The notes beneath the pieces are model-generated. The model had not been told where the DNA came from. It did no database searches and saw nothing but the letters and a program-made list of their open reading frames with translations. From assembly GCA_977030845.1 (NCBI GenBank), contig OZ365114.1, forward strand, positions 22,320,001 to 22,384,000: a stretch of DNA of 64,000 nt, given 5' to 3'. The DNA is from Fimbriosthenelais zetlandica. Lineage: Eukaryota. Numbering within the stretch: the first letter of the stretch is position 1; every line of letters begins with the position of its first letter. Position numbers and translations under genes: made by a program. Shown in pieces: positions 51,501 to 61,015 of this stretch.

Positions 51501-54500
51501 TATACGTAGGCCAAAAATGTGTATGTATGAGAAGACACATGCCACATATAAATACTGGTAATACCACATACAAGCCTTAATAATGTCCATAATGGAAATG
51601 GAATCATTCAAAAGGAACTAGTTGCACTTATGCCATCTCTGACGTTGTATTTGAGTTATGTGTCACATTTCTCTGTTTATGGGGGAAGTTATCAGATATA
51701 TTTTCATGTGAAATATAGTGGACGCATTGTAAGCCTTGCAAGTGTGTGTCTCGTAGATCATGGGACTGAATCAATGCATTAAACCACAATGTATAGGTTG
51801 ATTGCGGCACCAAAGGCATCCTACCAGTTGCTATTCTGTTTGTTGGTATAGGTGTGTTCCTATGGCTTTGTTTGGTGTAAAAGGCAAGCCTGAATAGTTG
51901 GGTGGTGACAAAATTCAATCTATTCCGGATGATACTTGGTGTTTTATAATTGCCAGTCGTGATATTCCAACATATGGAAATTATTGTTAAAAAGATTGTT
52001 AATTGAGATATTGAGGAACCATGTACGTCCTATTCTGACATGTAATAGTTTGCTGTTAGAAGTGTATATTACTAAATTTATCACAGTCTTTCTTCATTGC
52101 CATGCCCATGCCCATGGTTACAGTGACAAAGAGACATTTGTCCAACATCTTCGACCTTCTTTTTAGTTCTGAACTCTGACCCCACATTGCCCCCATTCAA
52201 CTCCTACCACTGCCCCCACCTCTCCTCCCCACCTATGCACCCCTTTGCCCTCCTCCTGTTCCACAGCGCCCTCTTCATCCTAACAAAGAGGAAAAAATTG
52301 TTTCCAGCCTCCCTTTCATTGCTCCCCTTTTCAGAATTATCGCGTTCATTAGTTGTGTTTTCATTGTGGCGGCTCGCTCATCGTTCGGTGTGTGTAAACA
52401 AAATGCCTGCCATCGCTGCAGGGGCTCAGCCAAGACCAGCCAAGGGCCCAAGGTGACAAAGCAGTCCTTGTCGATCGAATAACACTACTCATTTAGAAGC
52501 ATTCAAAGGCTAAATTGCCGGATGAATGACTTGGCTATATATTGAATTCCAGCTAATGAATGCCCGCTGGTGTGGTGCGCATTATTTGACATTAGCGACC
52601 ATTGAGCTTCGGCCGGCTGGAAAATACACCATGTTATCTTCCAAATAACTGTGATGTGATTATAGGGTCGGGAGAAGGAGCCGCCCGTGATGCTTGACCC
52701 CGCTGCTATGGTGGTCCAGGCTGAGTACACATGCGCCCCCTATTGTAGACAGTTCGTGCTCCTGGACCACCGTAGTTAACGTCGTTGGCATGGTAGGAGA
52801 TGACGTTGTATATCGTGTTATGTGCGGTCTGTGATCAGAGATCAAGTCCACCTCCCTATCGCCTGTGTGAGGGAGTATGTGTATTAGTCAATCGCTATGT
52901 GTTAAAGCTCGCTTGTGGGTCCCCGCGTCCCTGCGACGTTGCACCATTTCCTTATACTACTATGACCAGGTCTGCTTCTGGAACCATGTAAGTAGTATAG
53001 AAAAATTGAACATTGCCTCAGGCGAAAAATAAACAAATTCATCATAAATGGGCCAACAATTCTCTCAACTGATGTGCATTCACCACTTGAACCCCTCCTA
53101 CCATTGAAATAATAATTATTATAGTCATAACCGGAATCTCGCACAACACCCCAGTTTTTTTCTGCCCTTTTTTTCTTCCCTCCAAGTGATTCACATGGTG
53201 TCCAATTTGTATTGCCCCAAGTTCGACTTGATGAAATGAAACCTCATGTTGTATGTATAGGCTATAGAGATATCCTACTTGCACTGTCTTGACATCGGGC
53301 ACCGTTTTTATACAATAAAGGCAAGAAATGTATCTTAGACATAAAGACAAGGGATTTATACTGATTTGCTCTAGTAGCCTATAAGTGCCAGATGTGCACC
53401 CTCTCTGCTTCCTCCCTTCTGCCCTCACCGAATGTTGCCAAGCCGATTACAGGGTCCATAGCAACGCCCGCCTTTCAAAACCACAGTCCTCCTCTCTAAT
53501 TCTCCCACTCCAACACCCTGCCAGATAATCGATACAACAAGCATAAAACAAACACCACGCTATGTTGACTCCGCCAATTTGTTATCGTCATCTTCTTCTC
53601 CTTTTCCACCGTGACCATGCATGATGAGGCCAGTGATTGCAGTCCTGGGTCCATGCTAACAACAACAAACAAAAACAAGCGGTTAAAGATAAAGAAGCCC
53701 GGCGTAAATGGCCTAGTTTCCCCCTTGCCAAGACGAGCTAAATTGAGGTGTCGGGTTTGATGCCCTACTGATGGGCCTGACTCCTGTCACATGTTCCCGC
53801 CGCCGGCCACCTATATTTTACACTCGGCTGAGTTTCCCGCCGTAAGTTCATTTGTCGTCTGCTCACCCAGTTTCCTGCCATGAATCCATTTTATCGTCTG
53901 CTCATCAGCTGATCGTGTGAGTCTGTAGTCGCGCCTTTTCGGTTGTTGGTATAGGACAACTGCAGTGATTTTTCATGGGCTATTCTCGTGAGCTCTTACC
54001 GTTTTTCATTAGGTCTAGATTCTGGAGAAAATGAAAGATCTATAGAAACAAAGATGCCGTTGAATGTTATGCAACCATTTTTGTCTGAGCTAACACCTAA
54101 TACGTTTAGGAACATTATCAATTATCTCCATTTAGAATGTAAATGGCCTTATAAATTGAAGGCTCAAAACAAGCCAAAGCTTTATGAAAGTGGGGGAAAA
54201 TCAAACATCTGCATTAATTTTTTTTGTAAAGCATTGATATGAAAATTGTCTCCACATATACATCACTTAACATTTGATGCTCTTAATTCCTTAATTCTTT
54301 TATAATTCGCATTTTATCGCCAAGCACTCTGCTTCCGAGTCCCTCAGCAGGATCTCGCGTCAAGTCTCGTTAATTCTCTAGCCAGGAACGCGAGGTTTAA
54401 TAAGTGATGACAACAGATTTATTAAAGCCTACTTCAGGTCTCACGCCACAAACCTGCGTCTCGATCCGTACCTTTGTTCTGTAGCTTCCGTCATATTAAT

Positions 54501-56822
54501 CTGCAGTCCGCCTTCCCCTTCTCCTCTCATCCTCCCAACACCTGTTTCTCCACCCAAATTACCACCGTCCGCCCCGGCCCTATTCACTCGCACTCAATAG
54601 GCCTTTGACGGCGGTAATTCACCGGCTTTAACTCCCGTTGAGCTGTCAGTGGAGAGCTGGGAAAATTAGTGTGGCGTTTTGTGTGGAAGTGCTTGCTGCA
54701 CACCCCCACTCCGCCCCACCCCGACCGCCAGTGTAACATATTCGGAGATGAAGCGCGACCTGGCGGGGTAATTGGCAATTACTAAACTGGACAAGAGTGC
54801 GCATGTGTGAAAAGAGAGAGGGGTTTGGAGACGTAGTTGATAGGGCAAAAAAGGTGGGGCCAGTTGTCCACATTCTTCCCATATTTCCTCCTGCAGGAAG
54901 ATAGAGCTCGGAAGATGCTGGGAAGTATGTAGATATATATAGACAGGAGTTCTGCTGATAGGTGTGAAGGTAGCTTAACAAGCCCGATGAATTATGTTCA
55001 ACTATCAGATGATGGAATAAGAGTGATGTGATTTTACGATGTTTAAAACAGAAATAATGAGTTTCTCCAGTCACAACAGTTGAGCTTATTTGAGGTATAT
55101 ATTTGCCCCTATATAATTGGATTTTTGCGAAATTGTTTTATTTAAAAATAATTTAAATAGTGCATATTTAGGGAACAATATACGCATTTAAAAAAATAAC
55201 CATAAGGAGGAAGTTTCAAACTGACGTTTATGTTTATTCATTCGATTATTGATGTACACATGCCTTTCATCCTCTTAAAGACCTCTCTTTTTATTATTTG
55301 AAGCACTTGTAACAATAATTATCTCACATTAAATGTGTATTTTCCCACAATACTCTTTAGCAATATTCGCACAGACTGAAAAGTGTATCCTTCTAGATTC
55401 TGGCAGAAAGTCAGTAGGAATAAAATTTAGCTTCGCCAAAACAGAACAAAACATTAACAACAATGTATACTTATGATAAGTTATGGAATAAACAATGTGC
55501 TCACGCCCAACCACAACACTATAACTATTGATAATAATCACCATTGGTACAATCATCGAGTTTCAGACAACAACCGCATAATAACACTGCAACATCTACA
55601 TCCTATTGACGCCCATTGTTAATTAGTAATTCCATTAATCATGATTAGTCCTATATTCATTAACTTAAAACCCCTCTCTGTGGTCCTCTTTAACGAGCAC
55701 TTGTTCATTAATAAACAAGATTCCATTCCACTCATTAATGTCATTCTTCTGCACAATTACAATCCCTAAATTGCAGTTTCAGCCAATTATGCAAATGTTA
55801 TCACATAACGAAGAAGCAAGAATATGAGTGTAGGAGTTAAGGAACTTCTCACAGAAAACAAGGTTATCTACTGAGAAATGAATGTCCTTTTTACTCTCAT
55901 CTCGTTTTCGTCGGCATGGATTATTTATAAAGAGCACCATTGTAATCATATAGTCCAAGTCCTATTCTTTTTTATGGTGTAGGGAGGTAAGGATGTAGGT
56001 TTAAGGATGGCCTTTAATTGTTGAATGCTTTAGTGGTGAATGAACTATTCTGTGATGGAGAACATTACATGTTCTTGGTCTTCAGGCAGGGTAGACCGGG
56101 GAAGTCACAGGATGTTTGACGGAAAGGGGAGGCACGCAGTCGGTGGGCTATTATCCCTGTTTCCCGGGATGACAAAGGGTCTCGGCAGGTTTCTAAAGAT
56201 TAATTGGCAAGGAATGTATCTGGAAATATAAAACACAATATTGATGAGTCCTTGACAATATACTTGGGTGACATGACTTGCTTGCCCTAAAAATATTGAA
56301 ATCCGTGATATACTAATTATGTACATGTGCGTGTATCTATGTAGCAGTAGCTTATATCATTAATGTTCATAGAAATATTGAGACTAAAACATAAACTCTT
56401 GCGGCGGATATATGACGGATTTCTATAATAACTTGCTCAACTGAAGGCATGAATTGTAGCTGCATTATAATATCTAGGGAAGTTGACTGATGGATTTTAT
56501 ATATGCAATACAGTCTCATATCACCACGATGCCAAACAGATATTGCATCTTTCCTGAAGATCTAAAGGAAGAGATGCCATACGCACGCATTCAGTATCCA
56601 TTCAGGGAGAATTCAGTGATTTCAGAAACGGGTATTTAACCCAATACAACGTGACGTGTGCATTTTTTATTTACTGAGCCAGGGACATAGTTATAGTGGC
56701 CAGCTGGATTCAGTTGAGAGTTACTATAGTCACTATACAAAGTCCCCTATGAAGGGACTACCTAGAGTTTCTCCTATTTCCTATTCACCCCACACCTCCC
56801 CTCTCACGTGTAATAGGTAGAA

Positions 56823-56872
56823 GGGCCTGGGGGTGGGGAGGCAGGGTGGGGTGTCTGGAGAGGATGGGAGGG
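56823..56872 (+). other. Putative G-quadruplex-forming sequence
   Basis: GGGCCTGGGGGTGGGGAGGCAGGGTGGGG satisfies the pattern of four G3+ runs with 1-7 nt loops; two more G3 runs follow. Confidence 0.6.
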
Positions 56873-57970
56873 TGAGAGGAGCAGAAGGGTTTGGTAACAT
56901 TGTGCATTTACTCCCCTATAGAAAATCAATGCACAGGGAAACAATTAGGTCGTCATTTGTGAGATAACAATGCTATCATTGACGGCTGAAGGAAGGGAGA
57001 GCGCTTCCTAAATGATATATAATCAATATATTCATCCGCGGCCGCTTACAAATAACATCATCCTCATCAGACATGAATGTGTCATTAAGCCCGACCCAAA
57101 ATACGATGACAGTCTCTGAGTCTATACTATAAATCTTCTCTCTACACGCACTCCTCCTCTTTACTTAATTAATAACACACCCACAGCCCTGCTCCAACCA
57201 TATGAATTTCCTATTTCAGTTTTCCCCCAAATTCTGTTAATTTGATATTTCTTTTTCATGAAATGTGAACAATACATTCCATATCATGATTTTATTCCTG
57301 ATATTCCTCTATTTCTAAGATCTCTCTTATAGCTGGACTCGAAATGAAAGAAAAACATGATATACATGTCATATTATTGCATAATTAGGTCTTGATTGAA
57401 TATTCGAAGGCGGATGAATATGAATGGTATTGTTGGAAGTATTTCATTTCCGCCATGGGTCTATATCGCGGTTATAAAACTTGCCAACATAATTAGTAAC
57501 GGGAAAGGTCCAGTTTCCTAAATTCCTAAAGAAAATATGGTTACCATGCAGTCCAAAAGAATTTATGTGCGGTAATTTATATTAAAAGTGCCTATATATA
57601 TATTTATTTTATCGATTCAAATTCTGCTTGTGATTATGGACAAACGCATCACCTAGATTGCTGAAACTATCTTAAATATGGAAATTATTGGTTTTTTTGT
57701 GTTTGCTCATTGCGATATAACGTAATGTTGCTTACCTTTTCTCTCTTTCTTCAACGGATCTTCATTTATGGACGCGTCAAGCCACCGACTCCCAGACCTG
57801 ATATTGGCCCAGATTAAAGATGCTTCCTCCAGAGTGTTTCCATCCAGGTCATGTGCCCATAGGAAATAGGAAGTCTATATATATACGTGGACGTTTGCCT
57901 TTCAAGACGAGAGGATTTGGAAAACATTTGTCAGTGTTGGGGATCCAAATTTCGGAAGTTGGAGAATCAG

Positions 57971-57976
57971 TTTATT
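57971..57976 (-). terminator. Candidate polyadenylation signal for SoxB2 copy B
   Basis: AATAAA on the minus strand 125 nt past the stop codon; a second one lies at 57603-57608. Confidence 0.4.
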
Positions 57977-58100
57977 TTTAATTGAATGATGAGTGTCCAA
58001 TATCACAGGTACAGAGATAATAAATCATAGACAGGGGCATCCTTTTAAAAATAGTTCATTTTTCATGTCTATGACAAACTAAAGGCCTTTAATTAGGCGG

Positions 58101-59003
58101 TTATATTGTGCCAGTCACTTTGCTTCTCTCTCCGGGTTTGTGTAACAGTACATAGGCCGCCAGAGGGTGTCTAAAATCAGACTGACTTGATGGAAGGCTA
58201 AATGAGGGGTGAGCAGCCAAGCCAGGGGTTCCCCATGGCCCTAACATGTACTGACTGGAATGTTGACTGGTGAGCCCACCAGATGAGAAGGGCCCCAGCC
58301 CGGCGGGGTATGGGAAGAGGCTCGGCGAGGTGTGTAGATCGTGGGGCCTGATGGGGCCGTGGCCCTCGGCCTCGGCGCGACGATGCCCGGCAACTGCTGC
58401 GGCACTGGCTGCTGCTGCTGCAGGATCAAGATGCGGGTAAAGCGAGGTAGGCAAGTGAGGCATGAAAGAACGAGACATGTCACTAAGAGCTGCAGCTGAC
58501 AATAAATCAGCAGCTGACGGCTGGCCACCAGAGTAACTCAGACCACACCCATAACCCTGCAGGTAGGGCATGGGAAATGCATACTTGTCCTTCTTCAGCA
58601 GACTTTTGGGCTTGCGTCTGGGTCTGTACTTGTAGTCAGGATGCTCTTTCATGTGTAACGCCCTCAACCGTTTGGCTTCGTCAATGAATGGTCTCTTCTG
58701 CTCATCACTTAAAAGTTTCCATTCGGCTCCGAGTCGCTTTGAGATTTCTGAATTGTGCATCTTTGGATTTTCCTGGGCCATTTTCCTCCTCTGTCCTCTG
58801 GACCAGACCATGAAGGCGTTCATGGGGCGTTTAACATGCTCTTCCTCACTGCTGACCACTGGTCGAGTTGGCTGTCCAGGCCTCTGTGAGTGACCGGCCA
58901 TCTGGCTCATCATGGGTGATAATGGAGACATTCGAGAGAGTGGCGACAGTGAGGAGACTGGCGAAATGGGCCTCGTCTCTTCTTGAATCATCCTATCAGA
59001 CAT
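58101..59003 (-). CDS. SoxB2: SoxB2 (Sox14/Sox21-like) HMG-box transcription factor, copy B, 300 aa, single coding exon; more divergent paralogue
   Basis: Complete HMG box plus [15 protein letters not shown]-terminal [11 protein letters not shown] resembles the SoxB2 PxAYxL motif. ATG at 59003, TAA at 58101-58103, no internal stops. Confidence 0.93.
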   Translation of the reverse strand: MSDRMIQEETRPISPVSSLSPLSRMSPLSPMMSQMAGHSQRPGQPTRPVVSSEEEHVKRPMNAFMVWSRGQRRKMAQENPKMHNSEISKRLGAEWKLLSDEQKRPFIDEAKRLRALHMKEHPDYKYRPRRKPKSLLKKDKYAFPMPYLQGYGCGLSYSGGQPSAADLLSAAALSDMSRSFMPHLPTSLYPHLDPAAAAASAAAVAGHRRAEAEGHGPIRPHDLHTSPSLFPYPAGLGPFSSGGLTSQHSSQYMLGPWGTPGLAAHPSFSLPSSQSDFRHPLAAYVLLHKPGERSKVTGTI

Positions 59004-59812
59004 TATTACTTGTTTTAAAGTTCAGAATAAATACTTTAATAAGTTATTTTTGGATGGAATGTTCGTCCGGGAAACTGGCAAAATGTAGCAAAAGGCAGAT
59101 GAATAGAGCAGGAGAAGAACTGAAGATTTTCCTCGGAAAAGATGCCCCTGAATGAGTTCTTGTAGTAGTAGTACTTTAGATTGTGAATATGATCAGGCTA
59201 GCAGAAATGGTATTCAAACAGCAGGAGAACGCCTTTACAAAAGGTACAGCTGGCGCAGAGCCAATGGGTATTGTTGCAGCTTTCTTGCACGTGGTTCTAT
59301 TTTCACGCAAACAGTCACTGGTTCTTTTTGGAGTCCTGAATGTCCAGAGAGATCCTGAAATCCAGCGATGATCAAGTGGCCAGCTGGTTACAATAGCTAA
59401 TTCCTACAGATGCAGGTGGTGTCTACCAAACTTGTCTGCCTGACTTAATTTTTCTATAGCATTGCCCGAAAGCAAGGAATAGTTCAGATAACAATGGCTT
59501 GATAGTGTAGAAGAAAACAATATCCTTTCCCTGATCGGATGCTTTCTTCAACTAATCTCCGAGTAAGAGGTATGTGGATAAGGACGCCCGTGATTCTGTT
59601 TCTCCTTCTCCAGATTCCTCGGCAAAGATGAACCGTTCTTGCAGGGAGTGGGAAGTATCTGTGTTATATGTGTGAGTGAGCGTGTGTGGTCGAGCTAGGA
59701 TGATAGTGCCAATACAAACCAGCTCCCCATGCGCTCCTGAGTCACTCTCTGCTTTAACACCCCTTCAACTCTTCCTTGTCATTCAGCACCCAGCGTCTTG
59801 TCACCTTCATGA

Positions 59813-59873
59813 CCAATCAGCATCATAGCCACCCAGACCACACCCACTCTATTGTTTCTAGCAGTCTGATTGG
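59813..59873 (-). promoter_or_regulatory. Proximal promoter module of SoxB2 copy B
   Basis: CCAAT 59813, CCACACCC (KLF) 59838, TATTGTT (Sox) 59850 and ATTGG 59869. AP-1 TGAGTCA lies at 59738, and the leader towards the gene is ATG-depleted. Confidence 0.6.
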
Positions 59874-60764
59874 CAGGCCCACCCCAGGAGGGCTGAAGGG
59901 GCGGGAAAGTGTGGATCCGGTCCTCTAGTGTATGGGTTTTACGCTAGGTGGCAGTGTATGGCGTGATAGCCTGAGAGGAACTCATAAGAATGATACTATA
60001 TACTCAATCCTTTTAGCAATGTTGATAGGTTAGTGCGAGTATAATTGCAAATCTAATGTGTCCATCTCCTTTGTTTCACTTTACAAGACTGCAGGTCTAT
60101 TAGCTTTTACATGCATCCTTAATGCCTCATAAACTCCAGCATATAGGCTAATGAGTCAGATGCTCCCATTATATTAATCAGTGCTTAAATGAAAGTTATT
60201 AGGCCTATTCTGTATAAAGTGGAATATCAGATGCTTCACTGAAGATAAAAGAACTATAGAGTATGAATCATTACATCATTTTCAAAAACAAAGTTAAACC
60301 ATTGACACATGGAATCCAGGTCGGATAATGAAAGCGTGTCTAAAGTCCTCTGCAAATGTCCTCTGAGTGGAGGCGGAATCCTCTGGCGGCCCCCGATCGA
60401 GGCTATACAAATGCATCGCAAGTTAAGAATAAAGGACCAAGCCCCGGTCGTACAATAGGTAGTAAAGGTATCAAGCCTTGGAGGCATTAGGACCCATGCC
60501 TGTCTCCCTCCGCCACCTCTGTAAGGCCCCCCAATCCAAGAAGCCCTTTTCTAGGGGCGAGATGAAGGACTGGGATCCCAGATGCAGGCATCGCGCAGCA
60601 GGAGGATAAAACAGATGGATTAGTCACCATTCTGCCCCTGAATCCAGAGTCAATTTCCACAGATCCACCACCCTCATTTGATCACGGGTCAGGAATAACA
60701 GTTGTGTTTAACAGGCTTGGAGGAGTCAGCCTAATATTTGACTTTTACTCTTTCTCCTCCTTCC

Positions 60765-61015
60765 TGGGGGAAGACGATGGGTCCTGGAGGGAATGATACG
60801 CTAGGTGGGTGGGCGGGAAGACGGCGGGGGAGATTTAAGATAGGGAGTTTGTAGGGGGAGGGGGTTAGAAATAGTGGGATATAGCGGATATGAGTGAAAA
60901 GGGGGGATTTGGTTGGCAATTGTCGGGGGTAAGCAGGGGAACTGGTGAGTGGAGTTGGTAGGTGTATAAGAGTGAGGTGTAGCCCAAGGATGGGGGTAGC
61001 TGAGGGGGGATGGTT
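60765..61015. repeat. G-rich low-complexity, strongly GC-skewed tract
   Basis: Many G3-G6 runs on the plus strand with few C. Confidence 0.6.
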
